56,531 nucleotides of DNA from a virus, in the IMG/VR virus record IMGVR_UViG_3300028578_000004, positions 1 to 56,531 of that record. One strand, given 5' to 3'. Numbering within the stretch: the stretch's first letter is position 1; each line of letters opens with the position of its first letter. The translations under genes were made by a program, and so were the position numbers. The notes beneath the pieces are model-generated. The model ran no database searches. It had not been told where the DNA came from and was given only the letters and a program-made list of their open reading frames with translations. Shown one piece after another: positions 41,156-51,211 of this stretch.

Positions 41156-41376
41156 ACATCGTCCACGCGCTGATGGTCGAGGACCGGACCTCACTGTTAG
41201 ACCGCCCCTCGGAAGTCCGCAAAGACCTGGATAGCGCCCTTACAGTAGGCGTCGAAGGGCGCGAAGAGTCGTCGCGCGAGGAGGTGCCTGCCGAGCCGGA
41301 CCCCGAGACGTGGGGGCTCGACCCGGAGGCCATAGCCGGCCAGGAGCGACTGATGGGGTTCGGTAACCAAGCGTGA
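40730..41376 (+). CDS. Tail assembly chaperone, frameshifted long form (GT-like)
   Basis: The -1 frame is open from 40924 to 41376 and reads coding-like sequence (WARLNWGYLDGFLALRGLDLDTL..FLNIVHALMVEDR). Its stop overlaps the tape measure GTG. The slip site was not identified. Confidence 0.5.
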
Positions 41377-43949
41377 CGATCATCGGTGAGGCGTTCATTG
41401 CCGTAAAGGCGCTGATGGATGACTTCGGCCCCGAGGTCTCGAAGTCGACCGAGGCCGCCGCAAAGGCGGCAGACGACCGCGTAAAGAAGATCCTCACCGG
41501 CGCCGGGGTCGCCGTTGCCGCCATCGCCACCGATGCGTCCGTTCAGTGGAAGGCCGGCACGGGCGAGATCATCGAGCGCACCGGGGCGACCGGGGAGGCC
41601 CTGGATGACCTCGTGGACTCCATGCGGGACGTCGGGCGGGCCGGGGACGTCGAGTCCAGCCTCGAGACCATCGGGGCCGTCACCGCGCTCCTGGCCCAGC
41701 GTCTGGAGCTCACGGACGAACCGCTCGAACGGCTGACCAAGCAGATCGTCCAGCTGTCGGAGGTCACCGGGGGCGACGCGGCAGCGAACACCACGCAGAT
41801 CATCGACCTGTTCCAGCGGTGGAACGTGCCGACCGAACGTCAAGGGGAACTCCTCGACTACCTGTTCGCGGCTTCCCAGAAGGCGGGCGTCGGGATCGAA
41901 GTCCTGATCGGTGGGTCTCATGCCGCGAAGCGCGTCGCCGATGCTCTGGGGCTGAGCCTCGAGGACATGATCGCCGTGCTGGCGAACATCGAAGCTGGGG
42001 GCGGTAACGCCGGGAAAACGCTGGCCGCGCTGTCGATGGGGTTCTCGCGGCTGGCGGGCAACACCAAAAACCCGGAGGCCGCGCTCGAGCGCGTGGCCGA
42101 GCGCATCCGCAACGCCGAGTCCGATACCAAGGCGCTTCAGATCGCGGTCGAGGTCTTCGGCACGCGCTCAGGTCCCTTGCTCGCCGGGTTCTTTCGCGGC
42201 AGCGCGAGCGACATCGAGGGATTCAACGCCTCCCTCGGGGAGACCTCTGGGCGGATCGACGACGTACGCGAGCGCACGATCACGTTCTTCGACCGCCTCG
42301 GCATCCTGCGTCGTCAGGTCGGTTCTTTCATCGGGCCGGTAGCGGACGAGCTCGCGGTCGTGGCGACGATCGTCACGGGGTTCGGCCCCGCTGCAGCGGG
42401 GATCGGCGCGGTCGCCACTAAGTTCCGCTCCGTGCGGTCGGAGGTGCAGGCACTTCAAGGGTGGTTGCAGGCCGGTGGGGAGACGATGGGGACCACCGCC
42501 GCCGCGGCGAACGTGCTCGGTGCCAAAACAGGGGGGATCGCGCTCGGCGCGGGCGCCGCGATCCTCGGCCTCGGGGCGCTGGTCACCTTCCTCAACGCCC
42601 GTCACCACGCGGCGGTTCAAGAGGCGCGTCAGGACATGGATGACCTTGCCTCATCGTTGCAGACCGCTGCGGCATCGGGTCCCGCGGCCGTACAGCGCAT
42701 CGCCCAGGACCAACTCGACCGGACGCTCGAGGCGATCGAAGCGGTACGGGGCGACGTCAACGAGGACATCGCCGCTCAGTTCGAGGGCGATGAAGCGGGG
42801 CTAGCCGCGTTCAGAAAGGAAGCGGCCCTCAGCACCCCAGAGATCGAGCGCATGGCCGAGCAGGTCGCGGCGCTCCGTCAGGAGGCTCGGGCGCTCGGCG
42901 GTGACCAGCGGGTCCAGGCATCAGCGCAGGCAGACGTCATTGCCGCGACCCGCCAGGCGGCTATCTCGTCCGCCCTGTACGGAAAGAGCTCGGAGCAGGC
43001 CCGCATTCAGGACGAGCGGCGGGTCGCCGCGATAGACGCCCTGATCGATGCCTACGGAGGCGGCAAGGGCGCGGAGGAGGCGCTAGCGGGCGCCACGGGG
43101 GAGGGAGCCGAAGCCGCCGATGATGCTGCTCAGTCCGAACGTGAGCTAGCTCGAGCCCGTCGCGAACGCGCCGACGAGACGCGCAACGCGCGAGACGCAG
43201 AGCTCGAAGCAGCCGGCGGAATCCTCGGCGTCATCGGGGCCATCTATCAGCAGCGCGACGCCCGTCAGGAGCTTGCGGCAGCCGAGGAAGAGGTCAACCG
43301 CCTCCGGGCCGAGGGCAAGCAGGGTACTGACGAGTTCTCGGCCGCAGAGCGAGACCTGCGTGACGCTCGCCTCGACGCTCTTGAGGCTGCGCGCGGGACC
43401 AAGGAATCGGCGGTCGGGCTGAGCGACAGCGTCAGGGACTCCGTCGCGAACTACGACGAGGCCCGCAAGCGCATCGCCCGATGGGCCGGGCAGATGAATC
43501 TCTCCCGTCGCGAGGTCGATGAACTGGCCCGACGCGCGGTTGGTCTGGCCCGCAACGTCGATGAGGTCCCAGAGGAGAAGGACATCCGCTTTCAGGCGCC
43601 AGGGTTGTTCGAGAGGAAGAACGAGGTTGAGGAACTAGATGCCGCGCTCGACCGCCTGCCGCGCACGAAAACGATTTCGTTTCAGCAGGTCGGCCTGAGC
43701 ACAATCCTCTCCGCTGTGGACGCTGTGGAAGACGCCTTCGCACGGGTGGGGTCCGCGAGCCCCACGTACGGCCCGCCCTCTCCGTCATCGAGTGGTGGAG
43801 GTGGCGGAGGTGGGGGCGGTCGCAGGCCACCGGCCCAGGCACAACGATCGGTCTTCCGTATCGATCTCGATGGGCGGACAATGTCGCGCGAGATCACTGC
43901 TCGTCAGGGCGAGAATCGCATCCTTCTCGGGGGCCTGCAAGATGCCTGA
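41373..43949 (+). CDS. Tape measure protein
   Basis: 858 aa, Ala-rich and helical. It follows the chaperone pair and has a G8 run near the C-terminus. Confidence 0.9.
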   Translation: MTIIGEAFIAVKALMDDFGPEVSKSTEAAAKAADDRVKKILTGAGVAVAAIATDASVQWKAGTGEIIERTGATGEALDDLVDSMRDVGRAGDVESSLETIGAVTALLAQRLELTDEPLERLTKQIVQLSEVTGGDAAANTTQIIDLFQRWNVPTERQGELLDYLFAASQKAGVGIEVLIGGSHAAKRVADALGLSLEDMIAVLANIEAGGGNAGKTLAALSMGFSRLAGNTKNPEAALERVAERIRNAESDTKALQIAVEVFGTRSGPLLAGFFRGSASDIEGFNASLGETSGRIDDVRERTITFFDRLGILRRQVGSFIGPVADELAVVATIVTGFGPAAAGIGAVATKFRSVRSEVQALQGWLQAGGETMGTTAAAANVLGAKTGGIALGAGAAILGLGALVTFLNARHHAAVQEARQDMDDLASSLQTAAASGPAAVQRIAQDQLDRTLEAIEAVRGDVNEDIAAQFEGDEAGLAAFRKEAALSTPEIERMAEQVAALRQEARALGGDQRVQASAQADVIAATRQAAISSALYGKSSEQARIQDERRVAAIDALIDAYGGGKGAEEALAGATGEGAEAADDAAQSERELARARRERADETRNARDAELEAAGGILGVIGAIYQQRDARQELAAAEEEVNRLRAEGKQGTDEFSAAERDLRDARLDALEAARGTKESAVGLSDSVRDSVANYDEARKRIARWAGQMNLSRREVDELARRAVGLARNVDEVPEEKDIRFQAPGLFERKNEVEELDAALDRLPRTKTISFQQVGLSTILSAVDAVEDAFARVGSASPTYGPPSPSSSGGGGGGGGGRRPPAQAQRSVFRIDLDGRTMSREITARQGENRILLGGLQDA

Positions 43950-44433
43950 GGTTCTGCGGACTATCAACGTGAATGGGTCGGTACGTCTGAACCTCAACGG
44001 CGAGCACCCGTCGCTCGATGGGTCGATCACGCTCGGGGAAGGACTCGACTGGGGGACGCCGGATCTGCGCGAGACGCTGCTCGGAGCAGCCGCGGGGGAC
44101 CTGGGCGAGCAGCAGTCGTCCGCGACGCTCGGCAACGCAACCGCCACCATTCCACTGATCCTCAAGGCGAACGACGGTCTGTACTCGACGCTCGTCGACC
44201 TGCACTCCGCGGTCGCGGGCGAGTTCCTGTTGGACGGCGGAAACATCATCGAATGGCAGGCCGATGAGTCGGTGGACGAGACGCGCATCTACATCCTGCG
44301 ATCGGTTCCGCCCCCCTTGCGACGCGGGCAACGCGTAGCTCCTCACTGTCTGCCGGGCATCGACCCCGAGGCGTACCTGATCCTGACGCCCAAGCGGTTG
44401 CCGTTGGTCGACGGCCCCGTGAACGTCCTGTAG
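43942..44433 (+). CDS. Minor tail protein (distal-tail position)
   Basis: ATG 43942 overlaps the end of the tape measure gene. 163 aa. Confidence 0.6.
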   Translation: MPEVLRTINVNGSVRLNLNGEHPSLDGSITLGEGLDWGTPDLRETLLGAAAGDLGEQQSSATLGNATATIPLILKANDGLYSTLVDLHSAVAGEFLLDGGNIIEWQADESVDETRIYILRSVPPPLRRGQRVAPHCLPGIDPEAYLILTPKRLPLVDGPVNVL

Positions 44434-44436
44434 ACG

Positions 44437-47400
44437 GTGGCGTACGAGGGAAAGCGGACGCCGTTCCGCATCGTCATTGAAGGGCCGGGTGGCACGCGCA
44501 CGCTGCCAAAGACCGATCCCGAAGTCGAGCTCGTGTACACCGGCTTACCGGAAGTCCAGGACCAGGCCCTAGGCGGGACGACGGATATTTCCTTCGCGCT
44601 CCCGGGATCGGAGGTCATCGCTCACCCCACGGTCTACGCGCAGGGCCAGCGCGTGCTCGTGTTCGACGACGATGACGGGGGCCGCTGCATCGGTGGTGGC
44701 GAGATATCGACGCCTCCCCAGCCCGGCACCAACGGCATGACCGTCCACGCAGACGGCGACGGCCAAAAGCCGATGCGGATGCAGGACCGCCCGATGGTGT
44801 GGCTCACCTACGAAACCGAAGGCGTGCAGCCAGCGGGTGAAAGACCGTATCGGTACCCCGTCAACGATCAGATATTCGCTCGCCTGGACGGGCGCGACAT
44901 CGAAGCCGGGTGGCGTCGCAAGGAGATGTTCAAGCGCAACGACCTCGGCAACCCCGGCGAGTGGCGCAACGGAATGATCGACCGCCTCTACGGCGAGGAC
45001 ATAAACCAAGTCGTCTTCGAGCTGAAGAAAAAGCGCAACACCTCGAACGCGGTGTGGAGACTTCACCGCCGCGCGACGGACGGAACGCTGACGCTCATAA
45101 CGACGATCGACCTGTCGAGTTCTGGGCCGGCGGACGGGACGACCATCACCGTCAACGTCGGCGGCAACCCCGATGCCCTGTACTGGCAGCTCGTTCGCCT
45201 TGACGAAGGCGTGCACACGCGGGCTTTTTGGTCCCGGATCGAAAACCGCCGCATCCTCTGTCGGGCCGACCGCGAGGACTACCCGGCATCGGCAGTCGTC
45301 CGGGACATCGGGACCATCCTCGGAGACGACCTGTCGGGAGTCGTGGACTCCGAGCGCATCGCCATGCCGCTGGACGCGCGCGGCACGTCGATGGGGGACG
45401 TCCTGACCTCCATGTCGGCGCTCACAAACCGCCCGTGGACCCGCAGACGAAGCACAGACGGCACAACGGTGGAGATGCGGTTCCGGCCGTGGCTGGACCG
45501 GATATGGGACCTGACCTCCGACTACTACACGCTGGTGAAGGTTCCGCTGCCGCGCTTCAACGTCGTAGCGATACCCGTCCGCAGGGAAGGCGGCGAGTCG
45601 GACTGGGTGAGGGAACGATGCGATCCCACACTCGACTTCGCTCCCAACGACGCGATCGTCAAGCGCATCCCATTGTCGGAACCGCTGCCGGACGAAGCAT
45701 GGGGGCGCGCGATGGCTCGCAACTTCGCAGACGAGCTCGCTCCCGAACGGTACGAGTACCGGCTGACGTTCGATCGCGTAGAGGACCCGGACAACCCGGG
45801 GGTCGCGGTGGCGCCCACGCGCGTCAACGGCGGGCACGTCGTACGCATCCCGGCCGAGGACAACCTGCACGTCCGAGTCGGAAGCGTCATAAAGCGCGAC
45901 GACGGTACGTGTGAGGCAACCACTAAGACCGTCACGGACGGGGAGACGGGCCACCCGTGGATCGATCGCATTATCAAGTCCCGGACGCTCGCGCTCGCAC
46001 GCGGCAGAGGCAACGCGTGGGCATCGCTCGTGTTCTTCGACCTCGAGCGCCCCAAGGTGCTGGGCAATCCCACCGTGGCGTTCCGCGAGACGGACGTACG
46101 CGACGGCCTGTGGGACGGAGATCTCATCTTCGATTACGTGCTGCCGACCGAAGACATCGACGGCAACGGCACGGCCATTCGCGCGGTCATCGGCGAGATG
46201 ATCTACGTGGACGGGGACGGCGTCCCGATACCCGGCTTGGAGCCCGACAAAAAGCGCATCGACCGCAAGAATCTCGACGACCCGGAGGCCGACCTTCCGA
46301 CGCGCATGGTGTGGCGCAGGCTGAGAAGGCCTCACCAGTGGAGACCGCAGGTCAGAGGATGGGCCGAGGACTACTTCGGAGAGAGATCGCGGACGACTGC
46401 GTACGGGCCTGTTCCTCCGGTCCTTCCGCCGCGCGCAGGGCCCCCGACTCCGACCGTCGCGGTGGACGTGGACGCGAACCGCGTGACCGCGAGGTTCGCC
46501 GGGATCGACGACGCCGATCGCACGGAAACGGCCAAGGGCCGGCCGATGCTCGACCGTAAGGTCCGCTGGGTCTTCGCCGAGCTCTACAAAAACGGGGTCC
46601 TGGTAACGGGGTCGCGCAGGCGATTCCAGGACGATGAAATCTCATGGAGACGCCTGGATACCGGCAACCACACATGGCGGGTAGACGCGTGGACGGTCGA
46701 CCGCTACGAAACGGCATCGGCAGTCGGGACGAACTCCAGCACGCGCGCCCGCCCGACGGCCCCATTGTTCGCCCCGTCCCTGGACTTCAAGCGTGGAGGA
46801 CGTAGGGGGCTGCGCGCGAAGGGCACGGTGCCTACCGGGTACGCATCGGGTGACTCGCGCGACATCGGCGCGTACGTCCTCCAGCTCCAGTCCGAGCCGA
46901 AGAACCCCGTGGACTCAGACGAGAAGCAGCGGCTGGTCATCGACCTCGAACCCGGCGACACTGCATCCGCGCAGTCCGGGCTATGGGAGGAGTTCATAAA
47001 GCCGGGCCACAAGTGCCGGGCGCGGTTCGCAGTGCGCGACAACGACTCGGGGAAGCTGTCGACGTTCGGCCCGTGGTCAAATCCCCCGGTCACCGCGATC
47101 CTGAACAAGAAGCCGGGCCCGGTCACGAACAAGCGACGTGAGGGCGGGCCGCGCTGGGTGGAGTGGTCGTGGAATCATCCAGTCGCCTGGGACGATGGCA
47201 CGACGGACGGATGGTCTGCATCGGAGGTCCCGGCGTTCAAGGGCAACGTCCGGCAGTTCGGCGTGCTCAACTCCGACAAGTCGTTCACCTACAAGGACTC
47301 GACTACTCATCGAATCAAGGTCCCGGCGGGTTCCGGTGGCTGGACGTGTGACGTTGAGCCCTTGGGTTGGGATGAACTGTCCGGCACCAACGACGGGGAC

Positions 47401-48096
47401 GTAACTGCTGTCGCGGAGGCGGGGTTGCAGGTCGGGTCCGCGGACATCACGGACGGCGCTATCAACGCGCTCCGCATGTTCTCCTCGGTCGGCCCTATCG
47501 AGATCGTTGGCGCGCTCCCGGTGACCGGAAACATCGACGGCCGCACGGCGTTCCTAACGTCTGACCGCAAAATCTATCGGTACTTCGCGGCAGCGACGCT
47601 GATCGGGGGCGTGAGCTACGGGCCGGGCTGGGTGCGCGCGTCGGACGGTGGCGACCTCGTTGCGGCGACGATCACGGCCGACAAACTCAACGTCGGGACC
47701 CTGAGCGCGATTACGGCGAACCTCGGGACCGTGACCGCGGGGTTCATATCGGGTATCGACATCGTCGCAGCGACCTTCCGGTCGGCGCCCGCGGGAGGGT
47801 TGCACATCCAGCTAACTTCGGGGGCGATTCGCTTTCACTACAGCAACGGCTTCTTTGCCCAGCAGATCGCATTCAACGGCTCCCGCATCGTCCATGAGGT
47901 GGATATCGGCGGCGTGACGGGACCAGAGATTCAGGCCGCCTTGCTCACTACCGTTGCCCCCCAGTGGTCGTCGGGACTCTCGGGGACCACGAGCCTAGGG
48001 TCGCTCCCCAACGCGGCGAGCGGGGCGGCCCCGATCGGCTGGGTACGCGTTATGCGCGGCGACGGGACGACCGGCCGAGTGCCGATGTATACCTAG
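44437..48096 (+). CDS. Large minor tail protein (tail tip or host recognition)
   Basis: 1219 aa. It is the largest gene and lies after the tape measure. The C-terminal region has the fibre-tip-like LNVGTLSAITANLGTVTAGFISG. Confidence 0.8.
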   Translation: MAYEGKRTPFRIVIEGPGGTRTLPKTDPEVELVYTGLPEVQDQALGGTTDISFALPGSEVIAHPTVYAQGQRVLVFDDDDGGRCIGGGEISTPPQPGTNGMTVHADGDGQKPMRMQDRPMVWLTYETEGVQPAGERPYRYPVNDQIFARLDGRDIEAGWRRKEMFKRNDLGNPGEWRNGMIDRLYGEDINQVVFELKKKRNTSNAVWRLHRRATDGTLTLITTIDLSSSGPADGTTITVNVGGNPDALYWQLVRLDEGVHTRAFWSRIENRRILCRADREDYPASAVVRDIGTILGDDLSGVVDSERIAMPLDARGTSMGDVLTSMSALTNRPWTRRRSTDGTTVEMRFRPWLDRIWDLTSDYYTLVKVPLPRFNVVAIPVRREGGESDWVRERCDPTLDFAPNDAIVKRIPLSEPLPDEAWGRAMARNFADELAPERYEYRLTFDRVEDPDNPGVAVAPTRVNGGHVVRIPAEDNLHVRVGSVIKRDDGTCEATTKTVTDGETGHPWIDRIIKSRTLALARGRGNAWASLVFFDLERPKVLGNPTVAFRETDVRDGLWDGDLIFDYVLPTEDIDGNGTAIRAVIGEMIYVDGDGVPIPGLEPDKKRIDRKNLDDPEADLPTRMVWRRLRRPHQWRPQVRGWAEDYFGERSRTTAYGPVPPVLPPRAGPPTPTVAVDVDANRVTARFAGIDDADRTETAKGRPMLDRKVRWVFAELYKNGVLVTGSRRRFQDDEISWRRLDTGNHTWRVDAWTVDRYETASAVGTNSSTRARPTAPLFAPSLDFKRGGRRGLRAKGTVPTGYASGDSRDIGAYVLQLQSEPKNPVDSDEKQRLVIDLEPGDTASAQSGLWEEFIKPGHKCRARFAVRDNDSGKLSTFGPWSNPPVTAILNKKPGPVTNKRREGGPRWVEWSWNHPVAWDDGTTDGWSASEVPAFKGNVRQFGVLNSDKSFTYKDSTTHRIKVPAGSGGWTCDVEPLGWDELSGTNDGDVTAVAEAGLQVGSADITDGAINALRMFSSVGPIEIVGALPVTGNIDGRTAFLTSDRKIYRYFAAATLIGGVSYGPGWVRASDGGDLVAATITADKLNVGTLSAITANLGTVTAGFISGIDIVAATFRSAPAGGLHIQLTSGAIRFHYSNGFFAQQIAFNGSRIVHEVDIGGVTGPEIQAALLTTVAPQWSSGLSGTTSLGSLPNAASGAAPIGWVRVMRGDGTTGRVPMYT

Positions 48097-48100
48097 GCCG

Positions 48101-48427
48101 ATGCCCCCCAAGCCGAAGAAAGCCCGCCCCACGAAAGACGCGTGGACCAAGGCGTCGGTAGACCTCCAGGAGCTCGCGCGCGATGGTGCCAGCCCGCAGA
48201 AACTCGCGCAGGGGCGCGAACGCATGGAGGCCGCGCAACGTGACTACTGGGACCACGCGAAGGAACTGGCGCGAGCATTCGTGGCCGGGACCGTGACGCA
48301 CGAGGAGGTCGAAGCCGCCGGCGTGACCCTTGACGACCTCACGGAAGCACAACGCATGATCGTCCACGACTACGAACCCCCGATGGCAGACCCCGAAGAC
48401 GAGGAGAAGACCGATGCAGATGGGTGA
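48101..48427 (+). CDS. Hypothetical protein (108 aa)
   Basis: ATG 4 nt after the upstream stop. Confidence 0.65.
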   Translation: MPPKPKKARPTKDAWTKASVDLQELARDGASPQKLAQGRERMEAAQRDYWDHAKELARAFVAGTVTHEEVEAAGVTLDDLTEAQRMIVHDYEPPMADPEDEEKTDADG

Positions 48428-48665
48428 CGAGATGACGGCAGCGCTCCTCATGGACAAAATCGCGTCCACCCTCGGCCACCAGCTCATCGAGCTACACAGC
48501 CGGGCGATCCAGGTGGAAGTCGCGCAACGTCAGGCCGAAGCCGACCGCGCACGAATCGCCGAGCTCGAGCAGGAGGTCGAAGACCTGCGCTCCGAGCTAG
48601 AAACAGCAGAGGACATCAGGGAAAACGACCGTCTAGAGGACCGCGAAGCGGAAACCCTCGGTTAA
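48414..48665 (+). CDS. Coiled-coil protein (83 aa)
   Basis: ATG 48414. Glu/Arg-rich heptad-like sequence. Confidence 0.6.
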   Translation: MQMGDEMTAALLMDKIASTLGHQLIELHSRAIQVEVAQRQAEADRARIAELEQEVEDLRSELETAEDIRENDRLEDREAETLG

Positions 48666-48671
48666 CTCGCC

Positions 48672-49478
48672 TTGCCGTGGGAACATGCGGCCATGGACTT
48701 CCTTCAGGCTAGGCACTATACGAACACCGACGGTCGCGAGATCGACCTACTCGTCATCCACGATGCGGAGTTCCCGGAGAAGCCGTCCGCGGCCGAAGAC
48801 CTGGCCAGGTTCTTCGCGACCACCGAGCGGGAGGCATCGGCCCACATCAGCATCGACAACAACTCGATCGTCCGATCCGTTCGTGACGAGGACATTGCGT
48901 GGGCGGCCCCGGGGGCCAACCACGACGGGCTACAAGCGGAGTTCGCAGGCGTGGCCGCGCAGCGCAAGCCCGAATGGAAAGACGACTTCTCGCACGCGAT
49001 GCTGTTCGACATCGGCGTCCCGCAATTCGGCAGGTGGGCCGAGGCGTACGAGATCCCGGCTCAGTTCCTGGACGCGAACGCCCTGAAGGCCCAGCGTCGC
49101 GGGATCACGACTCACGCGCAGGTGTCTATCGCGTTCCGCTTATCCACACACACCGACCCCGGCGCGGGGTTCCCGATCGCGAAGTTCGTGGCCGAGGTGC
49201 GCAAGTTCCGCGGGGGCAAGGCCGATGACGGACGCCCCGAGCGCCGCCCGCTGGGGACCATTCGCCTCAACGATGTCGGCTGGCTGGTCAAAAAGGCCCA
49301 GCGTCACCTTCGGGTCCACGGATTCCCGGGAGCGCACGTTGCCGATGGGGAGACGCGCGACGGGCGGCGCATCTTCGGCGGCGCGACCGAGAAGCTGGTC
49401 CGGGCGTTCCAGCGCAGTCGCAACCTCACGGTAGATGGCGTGATCGGCCCGGAGACCTGGCGCCGCTTGCAGGCGTAG
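48672..49478 (+). CDS. Endolysin: N-acetylmuramoyl-L-alanine amidase (Amidase_2/PGRP) plus a PG_binding_1 domain
   Basis: LLVIHDAE, ASAHISID and AWAAPGANHDGLQAEFAG. The C-terminal part is VKKAQRHLRVHG..FGGATEKLVRAFQRSRNLTVDGVIGPETWRRL. The start could be TTG 48672 or ATG 48693. Confidence 0.85.
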   Translation: MPWEHAAMDFLQARHYTNTDGREIDLLVIHDAEFPEKPSAAEDLARFFATTEREASAHISIDNNSIVRSVRDEDIAWAAPGANHDGLQAEFAGVAAQRKPEWKDDFSHAMLFDIGVPQFGRWAEAYEIPAQFLDANALKAQRRGITTHAQVSIAFRLSTHTDPGAGFPIAKFVAEVRKFRGGKADDGRPERRPLGTIRLNDVGWLVKKAQRHLRVHGFPGAHVADGETRDGRRIFGGATEKLVRAFQRSRNLTVDGVIGPETWRRLQA

Positions 49479-49491
49479 CGGGTATCACCGC

Positions 49492-50079
49492 GTGAAATTC
49501 GACCTCACGATCGTGGTCGTTGCGCTCATCGGGGCCGTGGGGCCGACTGCGCTCGTCATCGCTAACTCGCGGGCGCGCAGCCGCGAGAAGGCCGAAGATC
49601 GGGCGTGGCAGGAGCGACGCGACAAGCAACTGAAAGAGGACAGCGACGAAGTGCGGCGAGTCGCGGCGGAAGCGACCAGGGCCGCCCAGGCATCGCAGGC
49701 AGCCATCGCAGCGGGCACGGAGCAGGTCGTCGCCGCGTCATCGCAGGCGGCAGCGACACTCGTAGCATCCAACAAGGAAGTTGCAGAGCACGTCGCCGCG
49801 GCGTCTCAGGCGCAGGGCGAAAAGCTCGAGGCCATCCATACCCTCGTCAACTCGGCGATGCTGCGTCAGATGGGCGTGCTACGCAGCGCGCTCGAATCGA
49901 ACGTGCAAAAGAGCAAGGCGGCCTACGCAGGGCGCCAGCCGACCGCCGAGGAGCTTGCCGAGGTCGAGACGATCCAAGCGCAGATAGACCAGCTCAAACG
50001 GGACATGGAGGAGCTAGAGGCTGCCACCAAGTTCGCCAACGCAGCCGAGGACTACCGAGCGTCGCGGACGACCCGTTGA
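49492..50079 (+). CDS. Membrane-anchored coiled-coil protein (lysis cassette)
   Basis: GTG start. N-terminal TM LTIVVVALIGAVGPTALVIA, then a long Ala/Gln/Glu helix. Confidence 0.65.
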   Translation: MKFDLTIVVVALIGAVGPTALVIANSRARSREKAEDRAWQERRDKQLKEDSDEVRRVAAEATRAAQASQAAIAAGTEQVVAASSQAAATLVASNKEVAEHVAAASQAQGEKLEAIHTLVNSAMLRQMGVLRSALESNVQKSKAAYAGRQPTAEELAEVETIQAQIDQLKRDMEELEAATKFANAAEDYRASRTTR

Positions 50080-50576
50080 CCTGGGACAACCTCGAGCGCA
50101 TCGCGCTTCTGCTGGTCGCGGCGGCCGCGGTCATCGGGTGGATCGTCATGGCCGCTCGCAGAGGTGGGTTTCAAGCGGCGTCCGAGGCGGCGGCCGGCTG
50201 GAAGTCGAACGCCGAGGCCCAAGAGGCGAAGGTCGCGCAGCTGGAGGCTCGTCTCAGCGAATCCGAAAGCGACAGGTCCCTGCTCACCGGACGCGTCGAC
50301 GAGCTGTCCACGGCGAATGAGCAGATGCGGGCGCTGCTCATGGGCGAAAGCGTGCCGGACGCGCTGGGACAGGCTCTGAACGCTATCTCTGATGGCGTCG
50401 TGGAATACCTCGACCGCCTCATGGCCGGGCTCAACCAGCGTCTGGACGCGCACCTGAAGATCCACACGGCGCTTTTGTCGACCATGGAGACCGCATACCT
50501 GGAGCCGATCCTTAGCCGCTTGGAGCGACGCTCCACCGATCAGCCCTTCGAGGGCAAGGACAGGAGGCGACGCTAG
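50076..50576 (+). CDS. Membrane-anchored coiled-coil protein (lysis cassette)
   Basis: TTGA overlap start. TM IALLLVAAAAVIGWIVMAA, then a coiled coil. Confidence 0.6.
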   Translation: MTWDNLERIALLLVAAAAVIGWIVMAARRGGFQAASEAAAGWKSNAEAQEAKVAQLEARLSESESDRSLLTGRVDELSTANEQMRALLMGESVPDALGQALNAISDGVVEYLDRLMAGLNQRLDAHLKIHTALLSTMETAYLEPILSRLERRSTDQPFEGKDRRRR

Positions 50577-50858
50577 GTGGACAGAGACCGGTTGCAGATC
50601 ATCTCGACGTTCCTCGTGACGATGGCGCTTTTGCTGTTCGCCTACCTGCTCGTGCTCAGGGCCATCGACCTCGCGCTGGAGTCCGAACGCGTCAGCCCCG
50701 AGACCCTGACGGTCGGCATCATGGGGTTCGCGAACTTGATCCTCGTCGCGGTAGTCGCGCGGTGGCTCCAGCAGGGGTCCCAGCAGCAGGCCGAGAAGCA
50801 GGCCGAGAAGATCCAGGAGGCCATCGCGACCGTCAAGGCCGAGACTCCCCCACCATAG
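50577..50858 (+). CDS. Holin-like protein with two TM segments
   Basis: GTG start directly after the upstream stop. Two hydrophobic helices and a charged C-terminal tail. It is the last gene of the late operon. Confidence 0.6.
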   Translation: MDRDRLQIISTFLVTMALLLFAYLLVLRAIDLALESERVSPETLTVGIMGFANLILVAVVARWLQQGSQQQAEKQAEKIQEAIATVKAETPPP

Positions 50859-51211
50859 AAGGCCCCGTCAGAGCCATTGTCCGGCCCGCTACGGCGTCGT
50901 GAGGTAGCGTCCGGCGCATCCGGTAGCCCGAAGGATTCGGAGCCTCTTACGCGCTCACGTAGGCGGTGACCGAGCTTGAGGGTGATGGGGGCCGGGCGCG
51001 GTGGGTTCTATCCCTGGCCGACCAGCCCGCCCCCTTCCGGAATATCCGTCAGAAGTTCGCGCTCCGCGGGTAGCCTGTCGGGCATCCGGCCTGCCGGGGC
51101 AATGTCGGGACTTCGGCTCCACAAGCACGGATTTCCCGCGCCCCGGCTGGGCCGGAAATTCTTTCTCGGAAAGCCGCTTAGGGGAATTACAACTGTGTCA
51201 TTCTTCCTCTC
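50859..51211. other. 353-nt non-coding control region between the late and early gene blocks
   Basis: No credible ORF. Contains GC-rich hairpins such as GGGGGCCGGGC..GCCCGCCCCC around 50987-51035 and CCGGC-tgg-GCCGG at 51142-51154, followed by a T-rich run. It lies upstream of the HTH regulator gene. Confidence 0.6.

Noticed and set aside
40953-41234. +1 frame ORF (93 aa) as the chaperone extension
   Set aside because: The translation is Arg/Pro-rich shadow sequence and does not reach the tape measure start. The -1 frame reads as genuine protein.
50859-51211. attP site or tRNA-like integration target, and a tRNA gene around 50985-51035
   Set aside because: No integrase gene exists in the genome. 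The GGGTTCTATCCC segment does not form a 5-bp T-stem with a 7-nt loop, and no cloverleaf can be drawn.
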